Positions 17,353 to 28,000 of a DNA stretch of 64,000 nucleotides are shown one piece after another. The notes under the pieces are model-generated. The model saw nothing but the letters and a program-made list of their open reading frames with translations. It made no database searches and was not told the DNA's origin. Source of the stretch: a virus; the IMG/VR virus record IMGVR_UViG_3300038443_001768; one strand, written 5' to 3'. The translations under genes and the position numbers were made by a program. Position 1 is the stretch's first letter. Every line of letters begins with the position of its first letter.

Positions 17353-17425
17353 TTGCAGGCCTAGGATTCGAACCCAGACTTCACGGCTTCAGAGGCCGGC
17401 GGGCTGCCAGTTACACCAGCCTGCA
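17353..17425 (-). tRNA. tRNA-Gln(CTG)
   Basis: U1:A72, loop CT CTG AA. Confidence 0.9.
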
Positions 17426-17429
17426 TTGA

Positions 17430-17501
17430 ATGCGGGACTCGGGTTCGAACCGAGCCGATGAGCTTCAAAGGCTCACGTGCTGCCAGCTACACCATCCCGC
17501 A
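17430..17501 (-). tRNA. tRNA-Gln(TTG)
   Basis: U1:A72, loop CT TTG AA. Confidence 0.9.
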
Positions 17502-17514
17502 GAGGAAGGAAAAC

Positions 17515-17537
17515 AACTCTAGCATAGTCTCGTGACA
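17515..17537 (-). promoter_or_regulatory. Promoter of tRNA operon 1
   Basis: TGTC-N9-TGCTAGAGTT, same motif before all three tRNA operons. Confidence 0.7.
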
Positions 17538-17540
17538 AGC

Positions 17541-17970
17541 GTGGGCCGGACAGCGATGAACGCCGCCCGGCCCACTACCCGGAGAACCATGACCACCAAC
17601 TGCTCCTGTCGCGAAACCTGCGTGCGACAAGCCTGCACTGCCGGACCGGAGAGGAGCGCCGACGACCTAGCGCTCAACTCTCCGGCCCATAAGCCCTTTC
17701 GGGGAGAGGAGGGACTCCACCCTCAACGTCACGACCCGGCGTGGGCAGCCGTTCGGTGATAGCCAATACCACCCAGGTCGATCCGTGCTCATCGACGGGC
17801 CGCCAAGCCCAACACATCGCTGACTCGGAGTGGCTGCTCCTGTCCACCGCTACGACTCCCAGGCTGATGACCCTGTCGTGCAGCTTTTCCCGACGCTTCG
17901 ATGACACTTTAGCCGCGTGCTGCTACGGCTTGTTCGGTCACTCTCTGCCGCACTGGCCGGTGCGGCGTTG
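17541..17970 (-). ncRNA. Unknown ~430-nt highly structured RNA
   Basis: Own promoter (TGCTACAGT at ~17976-17984), no credible ORF, about ten hairpins, strong terminal hairpin. Confidence 0.6.
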
Positions 17971-18020
17971 AAGGAACTGTAGCACATGTCGAGGGGTGTG
18001 TGTCAAGGCCGAGACGGAAA

Positions 18021-18708
18021 TCAATCTGCGCGCCCGTCGTTCAAGGCGTCGATCCGCGCCTGCGCGTCTTCAATGTCCTCCGCGCACGTCGGCCCGATCC
18101 ACTTGCCTTCCCGCGAGTCGTAGACCTCGCAGCCAGGAGGACCGTGCAGGCAAGCGACGATCGCGGCGTCCTGATCGTCGTAGCCGGTCTCCATGCCCAG
18201 CGCGAACATCCCGGCGCAGCCGACGCGGTAGCGGCTCATCGCCATCCATCCGGCCTGCTCTTTTCGGTCAACGTGGCGATCCCGACGCGCCCCCGCCAGC
18301 GCTTGTCGTCGGCATGGGGGTCGCGGAACTCGTTGCCGCTCAGCGCGCCGTGCAGCGCGTTCCTGACGCCGTGCGCCGGACGGCCTGCGAGCAGGTCGGA
18401 CCGCGCCGTATCGAGCAGATGCAGAAGATCGCGCTGCGCCGCGGTCATCGCTCCGGCGCTCCTTTCTGGCCCATCTCGGCGATCTGCGCGAGCGCTTCCA
18501 CGACCTCGCGCCAGTCGTCGCCCGGCACGCAAGCGAGCCGTGTGCCTTCGAGGTGGTCCACAATCAGATCGGGGACACCGGCCGCGCGCATCCGGCGCTG
18601 GGCGTAGTCGATGCGGTTCCACGCAGCCCCGAGCGCGTCGTAGGCGTGCTTCACGTCGGCCTGGAGATCGTCGATCGACGGGCGCCCGTTTAGTTCTGAA
18701 TTCGTCAT
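18021..18708 (-). CDS. Three small hypothetical genes (18021-18239, 18236-18448, 18445-18708)
   Basis: ATGA-coupled ORFs divergent from cca. Confidence 0.55.
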
Positions 18709-18768
18709 GCCGCTAGTATGGCAGCTTCGGGCGTTGCAGTCCAGAGGACGACGTGGTACGCTCCCTCA

Positions 18769-20190
18769 ATGACCAACGTACGCGCGGCGGACGCCCTGAT
18801 GGCGGATATCTTCGGAAAGGACGCGTATCGCGTCGGCGGCAGCGTGCGTGACGAAGTTCTCGGCCGCCACATCAAGGACGCCGACTATGTCGTTCAGCAC
18901 CACACGCTGGACGCGATCAAGCGAAAGCTTCGTCGCGGCTTCGAGCATCGCGGTCAGGTCGCGATCACGAAGCTCGAACTCCGTACCGGACAACACGCCG
19001 GATGGCGCGTCGGCGCGCCTTGGAACATCGAGATCATGATGCCGCGAGGCGAGCAGAAGGTCGAGACCGACGAGGGTAACGAGCGGCACAAGTTCATCAT
19101 CACGCTCGACCCCGACATGCCTCTGGAGGTCGACGCTCTGCGGCGCGACTTCACAATGAACGCCCTGTATCGAAACGTCGTCACCGGAGAGATTGACGAC
19201 CCTCTGGGCGGCGTCGCGGCGATCGAGGACGGTGAGGTCACGACGACGGATGCGTCGTCGTTCCGCGACGACCCTCTGCGCACGCTGCGCGCTCTGCGCT
19301 TCGTGTCGCAACTTGGCTTCGATCTCGACGACGACACGTATGGACAGATGTTCGTGCACGCGAAGTCTGTCGATGGGCTCACCGACAAGGGTGTCTCTGG
19401 AACTGCGTTCGACGAACTCTGCAAGATCCTGATGGGCCGACACGTCGCGAAGGCGCTGCGGCTCGCGAGGGATTCACGGGTTCTGGAGTCGCTGCTGCCG
19501 GAGCTTGCTCCGATGCTGGGTCACGACCCGCAGAACTCGCACCATGCGTTCTCAACCGACGAGCACACCTTCGTCGCCCTCGACGTTGCGGCCGGCTTCG
19601 GGCTGCCGCTGAGGGTGCGTCTCGCGCTGCTCTTCCACGACGCGGGCAAGCCGCTCGTCGAGTGGGTCGGAAAGGACGGCATGAAGCACTACTTCGAATC
19701 CAAGGATCAGCCAGGATCGATCGATCACCAGGAGGCGTCGGCGGAGTTGTGGCTCGCCGTCGCGGACCGCCTGAACGTACCGCGTTCACTGCGGCGCGAT
19801 GTCGAGACGTTGATCCGGCGTCACATGGTACCGCTGACGCTACGTCTGAAGCCGGCGAAGGTCCGCAAGTGGCGATGCGAGCTTGGCGACGACCTGCTCG
19901 CAGACCTGCTGCGGCACCGGCTCTGCGATGTCATGGCCAAGGGCGTCATCGACTACGAGGCCATGCGCGCAGTGAATCGCATGGAGGAGATCCGCGAGGA
20001 CGCCGTCCGCGACGGGGTGCCTGTGACGGTTCGCGACCTCCCCGTCTCGGGCGGAGACATCGCCGCTATGGGCGTCAGCGGCCCTCGGATCGGTGAGATT
20101 CAGCGGCAGCTTCTCCACGAGGCGGTTTCGCAGCCCTCCAACAACACACGAGACCGCATGTACATGCGGGCGCTGAAGCTGGCTGCGTGA
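18769..20190 (+). CDS. cca: CCA-adding tRNA nucleotidyltransferase (class II) with HD domain
   Basis: VGGSVRDEVLG..KDADYV, DALRRDFTMNAL, FRDDPLRTLRALRF, LLFHDAGKP; TACGCT box 6 nt before ATG. Confidence 0.92.
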   Translation: MTNVRAADALMADIFGKDAYRVGGSVRDEVLGRHIKDADYVVQHHTLDAIKRKLRRGFEHRGQVAITKLELRTGQHAGWRVGAPWNIEIMMPRGEQKVETDEGNERHKFIITLDPDMPLEVDALRRDFTMNALYRNVVTGEIDDPLGGVAAIEDGEVTTTDASSFRDDPLRTLRALRFVSQLGFDLDDDTYGQMFVHAKSVDGLTDKGVSGTAFDELCKILMGRHVAKALRLARDSRVLESLLPELAPMLGHDPQNSHHAFSTDEHTFVALDVAAGFGLPLRVRLALLFHDAGKPLVEWVGKDGMKHYFESKDQPGSIDHQEASAELWLAVADRLNVPRSLRRDVETLIRRHMVPLTLRLKPAKVRKWRCELGDDLLADLLRHRLCDVMAKGVIDYEAMRAVNRMEEIREDAVRDGVPVTVRDLPVSGGDIAAMGVSGPRIGEIQRQLLHEAVSQPSNNTRDRMYMRALKLAA

Positions 20191-20597
20191 CCACCGAGCT
20201 TCTTAGCGGCGACAGGTCTGCTGTTGAGGAGGCGGCGCGGAACATAGAACAAGCCGCGCGCAACCGTTTCGATGCTGGACATGTCTACATGCTTGAGTCG
20301 TCATCAGACAGAGCATATAAAGTCGGATACTCGGTCTCACCGATTGACAGACTCTACGCAATACGCAAGCAGGCCAACGATAAGTCAATCTCCTATGTGG
20401 GCTCGATTAGGGGGGCTCTTCGTCTCGACGAATATGCGATCCACCGAGAACTTGACGAGCTTGGATTGCGCTGGAGCGGCCGCTATTTAGGCACGTTCGA
20501 GTGGTTTCATGCGACGGCGGAGCTTGATGTTTTGGCTGACGTGCTTCGCGGTCTGTCCATCGAACGTAGAAACGCGCGAGGCTTCAGCTACTCTTGA
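20187..20597 (+). CDS. T5orf172/GIY-YIG-like domain protein
   Basis: HVYML...YKVGYS..P.DRL...E..IH...EWF pattern. Confidence 0.7.
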   Translation: MTTELLSGDRSAVEEAARNIEQAARNRFDAGHVYMLESSSDRAYKVGYSVSPIDRLYAIRKQANDKSISYVGSIRGALRLDEYAIHRELDELGLRWSGRYLGTFEWFHATAELDVLADVLRGLSIERRNARGFSYS

Positions 20598-20622
20598 CAG
20601 CGGTAGCCGGCTTCGCTAGCGT
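20594..20622 (+). promoter_or_regulatory. Primary-sigma-type promoter
   Basis: TTGACA-17 nt-TAGCGT. Confidence 0.6.
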
Positions 20623-20667
20623 TGCCTTCGCATACTCATCCATCCGAAAGAAGGTTATCCCCTGTCT

Positions 20668-21333
20668 GTGATTGAGGCCAGCGCTGTCTACGGGCAGCGA
20701 CCCATCAACTTCGGAGTCTGGCCACTGGACTGGTCAGAGTACATGCATTACCTGTACTTGCCGGTCGTGATGCCAGGACATCGCGGCGTACGGCTGCCTG
20801 AGCGGTTGCAGTTTCTACGACCGATCGTCGACCTCGTCTGCGCACAGGAAGACATCGCTGTTAGTCTGCCTGACTACTATGTCTATGTGACTGCGCGGCG
20901 GGGCTGGGCGTCGCCCGACAACCCGCTCAACCGGCCCGGCTGGCACTCAGACGGCTTCGGAACCAACGACGTCAACTACATCTGGGCCGATCGCTTTCCG
21001 ACACGCTTCGCGATCCAGGAGTTCGTCGACATCAGCGACAACCACGTCGACTCTCTGCGCCAGTTCGAGGAGCAGAGCGACGAGGACTCGGTCGTCGTCT
21101 ACCCAGACTGCTCGTTGCTGCGGCTCGATCCTGAGGTCATCCACGCGACGCCGGTGGTTCCGCCGCCGGGAGGCGAGCGTAGCTTCTTCAAGATCAGCGT
21201 CTCGTCTGAGCGATACAACTTGGCCGGCAACAGCCACAACTATCTCTTCGACTACGAGTGGCGGATGTGGTCGCGATCAGAGATCCGCAATGACCCCAAC
21301 TACGCTGGCGGCGATGCCGGCCCGCAGTCATGA
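20668..21333 (+). CDS. Putative 2OG-Fe(II) oxygenase-like protein
   Basis: NRPGWHSDG (HxD), distal H (VIHAT) and RxFFK motif. Confidence 0.65.
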   Translation: MIEASAVYGQRPINFGVWPLDWSEYMHYLYLPVVMPGHRGVRLPERLQFLRPIVDLVCAQEDIAVSLPDYYVYVTARRGWASPDNPLNRPGWHSDGFGTNDVNYIWADRFPTRFAIQEFVDISDNHVDSLRQFEEQSDEDSVVVYPDCSLLRLDPEVIHATPVVPPPGGERSFFKISVSSERYNLAGNSHNYLFDYEWRMWSRSEIRNDPNYAGGDAGPQS

Positions 21334-22169
21334 TCGACGCAGACTTTGAGGGCGAGCGACTGCTCATCGACCTTCTCGAACGCTACGAGTCCGACACTGG
21401 CCGTCAATTGCTGGAAGAGGACTATGAGAGCGTCATCATGACGCACGCATTCGAGGCCGCCAGTCTCGTCGAAAGCGTCTACAGCGAACTAGCAAAGCTT
21501 CCCACATGAGCGACGACCTAAGGAAGTTCGTCGAGGTCATGGGAGGCGTCCGTTGTATCTGTGGGCACCTACTGCGCCGGCATCGCCGACCAGACCCGAG
21601 CTTCAAGGTCGGCGCGCTGGTCGAGAAGTGCGGCGCGTGCTGGGACTGCGAATGCAAGGGCGAGGTAGGACTTCCCGATGGAGGCGAGGTATGACACTAC
21701 GCGAGGGCCGTCACCATCAGTGGCGCGTGTTCTTCACGGCCGCCGACGAGGACATGGTTGGCGTCCAGTGGCGCGACGAACCAATCTCAGATGACGAACT
21801 CGCTGAGTGGCGACATCAGTTCGTTTGCGACGTTTGGGTTGAGCGGCGCGAAATCATCTGCGGCCCTCCAGTGAGGCTTGATCGATGACGGTATGGGAGT
21901 TCTGGACCTGCGATTGGTGCAACCAGGACAACAGCGGACGCGAGCCACTCTACGAGGACCTAGCAGACGATGAAGGCTGGGTTCAGGTTGATAAGCACGA
22001 GATGAGGGACAACGGTAGCGGGGCGCTTTGGTCGTCTCACGTCGATGAGCACTTTTGTGCAAAATGTCTCACTGATCCAGAACTGTTCGAATATATCGAC
22101 AGCGAGCAATTTAGGCCTGTCTATGGCCGGGACGAAGATCGCCTCAACGCGGCGAGGGCCGCGCTGTGA
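21330..22169 (+). CDS. Run of small hypothetical genes (including 21506-21694 and 21885-22169)
   Basis: ATGA-coupled short ORFs, some Cys-rich. Confidence 0.5.
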
Positions 22170-22608
22170 GGCTGCGCGGCGTGGCGCTGTGGAGATGGAA
22201 GGCGGCGTGTCGCCTCTACCGAATCGGATGCACGGTCGGCGGTAACCATCGCTGGCCCGATCAGTTAGGCCTGGAGTTCGATGAGGTCTGGCGCGAGCAC
22301 TACTGTCCGCACTGCGGGTGGATGCCGTGAGCGTCGGTGACAACCTCGCCCGCTGGAAGGCGTTGCCGACCTGCGCGACCTGGCGCGTCTTCAGTGAGCG
22401 CTGGGGAACCGTGGACTCGATACATGTCGACCATCGCGACGCCCAGAGGCGCGCCGATGAACTCAATCAAGCGGAGGCGCTGAAGCAAGCTCACGGGGAA
22501 CTGTGATAGGCTTCCGCGCTCAATCCACAACAAAGGAGGTTATCCACCGGCCTAGGCCGGACCGCTGAGGAAGCGTAAGGGTCCGGAGAGTAGGCCGAGG
22601 GAGATGTT

Positions 22609-23007
22609 ATGCGGAGTACGATCCTGGGGCTCTTGGCCGCCCTCTCACTGGGAGGCCCTTCGGCCTCTGCTCAGGACCACCAGTCCTGCCACACCAAGTC
22701 TTGCACGTTGCGTGTGGAGATGAAGTTCTACAAGAAGCATCCGATGCCCTGGTGCACGTGGGGACCTGAGAGTCCAGGCCATCCTGAGTGGTCGCCGGCC
22801 CGTTACCGTGTCTGGAACACCAGCGGTAGCTCGCCAGAGCGCGCCAGCGGCAAGTTTCAGATCATCGGCCCTACTTGGCGCGCCTACGGAGGTCAGCGTA
22901 TCTCAGGTCGCCGACACGCGGCGGAGGCTGCGCCGGTCTATCAGGAGCGCATCGCGCGAAGTATCGCGCGCGCGAGGCCGTCGCTCTCAGACTGGGTAAA
23001 TTGTTGA
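22609..23007 (+). CDS. Secreted Rpf-like lytic transglycosylase
   Basis: Signal peptide; ES catalytic motif, GKFQIIGPTWRAYGG, Q.RIA, terminal W..C as in resuscitation-promoting factor domains. Confidence 0.75.
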   Translation: MRSTILGLLAALSLGGPSASAQDHQSCHTKSCTLRVEMKFYKKHPMPWCTWGPESPGHPEWSPARYRVWNTSGSSPERASGKFQIIGPTWRAYGGQRISGRRHAAEAAPVYQERIARSIARARPSLSDWVNC

Positions 23008-23014
23008 CCTGAAG

Positions 23015-23050
23015 AACGACGAAAGGCCGCCCTCGGGCGGCCTTTGTTGT
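23015..23050. terminator. Bidirectional terminator
   Basis: AAAGGCCGCCC/GGGCGGCCTTT hairpin. Confidence 0.75.
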
Positions 23051-23051
23051 A

Positions 23052-23136
23052 CGGAGAGACAGGGATTCGAACCCTGGAAGGTGTGACCCTTACGCGCTTT
23101 CCAGGCGCGCCCATTCGGCCTCTCTGGCACCTCTCC
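23052..23136 (-). tRNA. tRNA-Ser(GGA)
   Basis: Long variable arm, loop CT GGA AA. Confidence 0.9.
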
Positions 23137-23139
23137 TGA

Positions 23140-23211
23140 AGTCGCGGAGCGGAATCGAACCGCTGTAAACGGGGTTGCAGCCCGTTGCCTAAGCCACTCG
23201 GCCACCGCGAC
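23140..23211 (-). tRNA. tRNA-Cys(GCA)
   Basis: U73, loop CT GCA AC. Confidence 0.9.
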
Positions 23212-23215
23212 GGAG

Positions 23216-23302
23216 CGGAGAGACAGGGATTCGAACCCTGGAGGCTTTGACACCTACTCGGCTAGCAACCGAGCGCATTCGGCCGGACTCTGCCACCTCT
23301 CC
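23216..23302 (-). tRNA. tRNA-Ser(GCT)
   Basis: Long variable arm, loop TT GCT AG. Confidence 0.9.
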
Positions 23303-23342
23303 TGGCACCCGATCGCGGCCACGTGGACGGCGTCGGGCTGAG

Positions 23343-23426
23343 CGGAAGCAGAGGGATTCGAACCCCCGACGGTGGTTAGCCGCAGCCGCTTTCAAGGCGG
23401 TGTCCTCGACCAGCCGGACTACTTCC
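23343..23426 (-). tRNA. tRNA-Ser(TGA)
   Basis: Long variable arm, loop CT TGA AA. Confidence 0.9.
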
Positions 23427-23431
23427 GTGAG

Positions 23432-23518
23432 CGGATGGTAGAGGATTCGAACCTCTGAGGGTGTTACCCCTACTCGCTTTCGAGGCGAGCGCATTCAACC
23501 AGGCTCTGCCAACCATCC
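23432..23518 (-). tRNA. tRNA-Ser(CGA)
   Basis: Long variable arm, loop CT CGA AA. Confidence 0.9.
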
Positions 23519-23522
23519 GAAA

Positions 23523-23604
23523 TGACGCGCCAAGGACTCGAACCTTGAATGCCGTGAGGCGGCCGGGTTACAGCCGGCTGGGTGCTCCCGCTCCCACACG
23601 CGCC
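23523..23604 (-). tRNA. tRNA-Tyr(GTA)
   Basis: Long variable arm, loop CT GTA AC. Confidence 0.9.
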
Positions 23605-23613
23605 GAGACAGTC

Positions 23614-23636
23614 AACTGTAGCAGATCTACGCGACA
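23614..23636 (-). promoter_or_regulatory. Promoter of tRNA operon 2
   Basis: TGTC-N9-TGCTACAGTT. Confidence 0.7.
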
Positions 23637-24157
23637 AGCGAGCAGACGCCTGTGTCTGGCTCTACGACCTCGATCTCAAAGGTGTTCAGATGCGGAGTCG
23701 CGCGAGCCTCTGCCTCCTCGCGGGCCACGCGCGCCGCTACCTGCTCGGCCGTCTCAGGAATCGGCCAGTTGCCGTTCTCGTCCTTGAGAGCGGTTAGGTC
23801 TTCGCCCAACTGCTCCAACATGAAGAACAATAGCGGTGTATGCGCCTTCTTCTGATTGCAGTCGAAACATGAGCCTGATCGATTTGTCCACGAGCCCTTT
23901 GATCCACCTAGCGCCTTCGGCTGGACGTGGTCAACGGTAGTTCCGCGCAGGCACGCGCAGTATGCACATGGGTCGCGACGGATGATGTGGTCCCAAACGG
24001 CGCGAGATGCGTGCGGCCGGCGCAGTAGGCCGCCAAGACGCGCTCCGGATGGGACGCGAGCGTGGATTAGCTCGTCACCGCACGCAGGGCAAGACTTACC
24101 GCGGAGTTCCGCAGTGAAGCCGGCCTTGCACGAGGAGCACCAGATTAGCTGTGCCAC
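23627..24157 (-). CDS. HNH endonuclease with N-terminal Zn ribbon
   Basis: CAYC...TVDHVQP...GG...N...CFDCNQKK. Confidence 0.85.
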   Translation of the reverse strand: MAQLIWCSSCKAGFTAELRGKSCPACGDELIHARVPSGARLGGLLRRPHASRAVWDHIIRRDPCAYCACLRGTTVDHVQPKALGGSKGSWTNRSGSCFDCNQKKAHTPLLFFMLEQLGEDLTALKDENGNWPIPETAEQVAARVAREEAEARATPHLNTFEIEVVEPDTGVCSLVA

Positions 24158-24177
24158 CCATGCAGTGTACCAGTTCG

Positions 24178-24525
24178 TTACCCGAGGTCGGTGACGATCT
24201 TGACGGTGAGGTAGCTGTCGGCCGGGAAGGTCTGAATCTTCGACCCCGGCCAGGTGACCTCGATTTCAACGTTGTAGTCGCCTTCGATGTTTGTGTCACC
24301 GGAGATCCACGTGTACTCGACCACGCCGTTTGCGGCATCAAAGACAGTCGCCGCGGCGGCGACCTTAGGTCCTCCCGTCGTCGATGTCTTCAGCCGCATG
24401 ATGAACTTGACCGAGGTGATTCCGGACAGATCTACCGGCGTCGTGACCAACGTCTCAGGATCTGTTTGCAGCAACTGTGCGCGGTATGTGGGCAACAGGT
24501 CGTTGCGCTTCATCGTAAACGACAC
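24178..24525 (-). CDS. BppU N-terminal-like structural protein
   Basis: VDLSG..SVKF, GVVEYTW..GDT..EGDYNVE, QTFP motifs; paralog of 24705-25037. Confidence 0.65.
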   Translation of the reverse strand: MSFTMKRNDLLPTYRAQLLQTDPETLVTTPVDLSGITSVKFIMRLKTSTTGGPKVAAAATVFDAANGVVEYTWISGDTNIEGDYNVEIEVTWPGSKIQTFPADSYLTVKIVTDLG

Positions 24526-24705
24526 TTAGTACTCCTGGGCTGAATAGGTCTTAGGTGTATGCTCCGACGCACCAAAAGATGGACGTGCGTTCTCTACAGC
24601 GGTCACCCCAATCACCGACGGGAACTCGACCATAGTTGGGTCGATCACAGGATTCAGGATCGCATCGAGCGCGTCAATGTATTCGATGGCTTGGTCGTTC
24701 AGCAT
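24526..24705 (-). CDS. Small hypothetical protein (59 aa)
   Basis: TAATG-coupled ORF between the two BppU-like paralogs. Confidence 0.5.
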   Translation of the reverse strand: MLNDQAIEYIDALDAILNPVIDPTMVEFPSVIGVTAVENARPSFGASEHTPKTYSAQEY

Positions 24706-25037
24706 TAGGCTAGATCGTTGACGATCTTACAGGTGAAGTAGCCGTACGAGGGGAATGTTTGCGGTTCGTCGCCCCACATGACCTCAAATTCAACATTGAA
24801 ATCTCCCGCAGTGGCTGTGTCCCCGTCAGCCCATGCGTATTCGACGATCCCATTGACTGGGTCTACGAAATCGGCGGCCGAGTTCACTACTACTACGCCG
24901 CTCTTTCCGGTCATGATGAAGCGAACAGACGACGCGCCTGAAAGATCTACCGGGACCTGGATTCCAGTAGAGGGGTCGCTCTGTGTGAGCTTGACCCGAT
25001 AGCGCGGACGGCGGTCGTGTCGCTTGATGACGAACAT
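24705..25037 (-). CDS. BppU N-terminal-like structural protein (paralog)
   Basis: Same motif set as 24178-24525. Confidence 0.65.
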   Translation of the reverse strand: MFVIKRHDRRPRYRVKLTQSDPSTGIQVPVDLSGASSVRFIMTGKSGVVVVNSAADFVDPVNGIVEYAWADGDTATAGDFNVEFEVMWGDEPQTFPSYGYFTCKIVNDLA

Positions 25038-25058
25038 TACTAATGAGTGTACAGCGCG

Positions 25059-28000
25059 CTACGAACCGGCCAGCAAGTCGATGACTTCGCCGCTCGCCAC
25101 GTAGGGAATCACATGTCCCGACGCGACAGCAGGAAATACGTGACCGGAGAGTGGGGGCTCATGATGAACGTACGCGATCACAACCGGCCCAGAGATAATG
25201 ATCGCATCCGACAGCACAAACGACTGAGCCAGCACACGCGCCAGCGACTGATGAAAGACCAGCGAGTCGACAAGTACATTCACCTCAGAAACAGAGAAGA
25301 CGCCGCCGCTGGTGCCGGCCACGTTGTCGACCACAACGATTGAGCCGTTCACCGAGCGCACAATCGAAACGGCCCCCGAGAGCGCATCCGCCAACGCCGC
25401 GGTCTCCGCCAGCGCGCGGCTATCAGCGATCAGCGACCCAGCCGCATCAGACAAAAACACCGATGTTGTCGCTGTTCGTCCCAGCGACAAAAGACCCAAT
25501 AGTGTGTCGGCGACGGACAATGACTCAGACGCCGGCCGCGGCAAAACCACGCCCGACGCGGTTACGTCGGCTACGACGACTGACTCATCAAGCGAGCGCG
25601 GGAATGCGCGCACAACGGCATCGCCCAGGGCTAGTGAATCAGAAAGCGATCGAGAGTCACCCACCGACCTCGACAAGCTCTCTGAGAGTGCCGCGGTCTC
25701 CGTGATAGCGAGCGAGTAGGCTCGCTGAATAGTCGCGACACCGAAGGTCTCGGCGGACGAGATCGCAGTCATGTAGAGAGTGCTCGTCGACTGCGCTACA
25801 TCGATCTGGTTGTAGTAGATCCCGTTTGAATCCGAGTACACGTACGGGATCAGTACTTCATTAGAGCGGGTGCCGTTGGTGACGTTGATGCGATTGAATG
25901 TTCCCGCATGCGCGGCCGAACCTAGCCCCAGGGCGTTTGAGAACGACCCCACACCTGGGGTTCCTGAGTAGATTCTCAGGTCGCGGTCGGAGTCCGAGAT
26001 GTGAACTACGACCTCGGTGTCGCGAGCGCCGTTCACCTCGGCGTTTGCGAGGTTCGCTAGGGTCGTGTCCGCGTATGAGTCGCCGGCCGATCCGACATTT
26101 GAACGAATCGTGAACGTCGGCGAATCCGCTGGAGCCCATTCGAGTACGTTCGTATTACCGGCGGAGGTCGTAGACGTGCCCGACGCTCTCCTCCGGTAGG
26201 CGGCGCGCATCCTGATCACTGATGACGAGTCCGCATACATGACCGGCGTCGCCATGTCTAGAGCGGCGTAGAAGTTGTTGGGGCCGTCGATTGACTGTGG
26301 GCCGGTACCACTGATACGGGCGTCGGCGGCGATGAAGGAGTCGGCCGCGCTCAAAACCCGGTAATAGAGGCCGTCGGCTGAGCCACCGGCGGTGGCCTTC
26401 TCGACGAAGAAGTAGGCGCGGTCTGAGTTGTCGATCGCGATTCCAACAACCAGGGCGTCGGCCTGGCCTGCGACTTCCTGCGCCACGAGTACGTCGCGTG
26501 TCCACGTACCGGAGTTCGTCCGCTTAGCGTAGTAGGTGCGCCAATTTCCGGTGGCCGTTTTGCCGTAGGCGATGATGGAGTCGCCGTTTGAGCGCACACC
26601 AAGATAGACACCGACGCCGGTATTGAGGCTGGAGATCCCCGAGTCCTCATCAAGTGTCCATGTGTCTGACGAGGTGTCGAAGCGCGCGTACCTGATTACG
26701 TTGTCGCTCTGTGCGTACGCGACATGAAGGATCGAGCCGACGATCTTTGTATCGACGGCGTCGATGGTCGTGCCGGCCGTGGTTACGGTGCGCTCGCCGG
26801 ACGTGTTGACCGCCGACCACGTGCCCTGCATCGGATCTGCGGCCTTATAGACCCTGACGCTGCGCGAACCCGACACGTCACGGTAGGCGGCCACATAGGT
26901 GGCTCCGTTTGGTGCAACCCACGGACCGCAAGTGCCCGGCTTCGACGACAGCTTGATCGTTGAATCACCAAAGCTGTTCGGTGGGGCAGTGACGCGCGTC
27001 GCGTAGACGTCAGACTTGGGCCGTAGCGTAAACGGTCCGCCTGAGTAATAGGCGCTGCTGTAGCTCTGTGCGGCGACCGCGTTGTCCTCGACGCAGAAGA
27101 CGAGACCGCTGCCGCGATGTCCACGCGTGCTCGTGTAGCGCACCCATTCGCCGTACACGAACGACCCCATGTTGCCGGTGCCGATGTTCTCGGTCGTCCA
27201 GCCTCCGGACGCACCCTCGGTGAACGAGAATGCCATCGTTGGCAAGCCGCTCGACGCGGAGCGGTACGCCATGCCAAGGAGCCCGGGGGCCAACTGCGTC
27301 AGCGCCGGGCGGCCCGACGCAGAGGTCAGACAACTCGAAGCGTCGGGCGTCCATGTTGAGCCGTCGTCGGTAGAGATAGCCCTGAAGAACCGAAACGGCG
27401 AAACAGTATCAGAGCGCATCATGCAGATGATGATGCGGCTGTTATCGCTGCGCGTGTAGACGCACAGGTTGGGCTCAACACGCTCGGTCGTCGCGTCCTG
27501 AGCGATCACGCCGATGTCGGTCCACGACACGCCGCCGTTGGTTGAACGGGCGAGTCGACTGTAACCAATGGTTGATGCTCCGTCGCCGCCGTAGGCGGCC
27601 AGCAGCAGCGTACCTGACCCGTCGGGGATACACACGGGAGGGCCGCTGACGTCGGTGCCCCAGGCGCTACCAGGAAGCGAGGTGTTGGGGTTGGTGGCGG
27701 TGAACGAAAACGGAACCTGGACCGGGTTGCTCCACGTGAACCCGTTGTCGTCGCTGTAGAGCGTCCACGCCGTGTACTCAAGGGTCGTCTTGCTGACGCG
27801 CGTAGCGCTGAGTACGAGCCGGTTGTCGTGCGAGCCTCCCTCGACCTTAGCGAGGCCGAGGTCGAGCCACCCATAGTTGGAATCCGAGCGAAGCTGTGTG
27901 ATCTCAACCGGACTACCCCACGTGGCGCCCTCGTTGGTTGAGCGCAGGTAGTACGAGTACTGATCGAGCGCCAGGTGATGCGTCGCATTGCCGTAGGCGG

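Noticed and set aside
17541-17970. tmRNA or second RNase P RNA
   Set aside because: No tRNA-Ala-like ends, terminal T arm, tag ORF or P4 motifs
18769-20190. Poly(A) polymerase instead of CCA enzyme
   Set aside because: HD domain, tRNA-array context and CCA-less tRNAs favour tRNA nucleotidyltransferase, although CC-only or A-only activity is not excluded
22520-22608. c-di-AMP (ydaO) riboswitch before the Rpf-like gene
   Set aside because: Too short and lacks the recognisable symmetric conserved motifs; kept only as a generic structured leader
23343-23426. Possible selenocysteine or opal suppressor tRNA
   Set aside because: Anticodon is TGA (Ser, reads TCA) with a normal 7-bp acceptor stem
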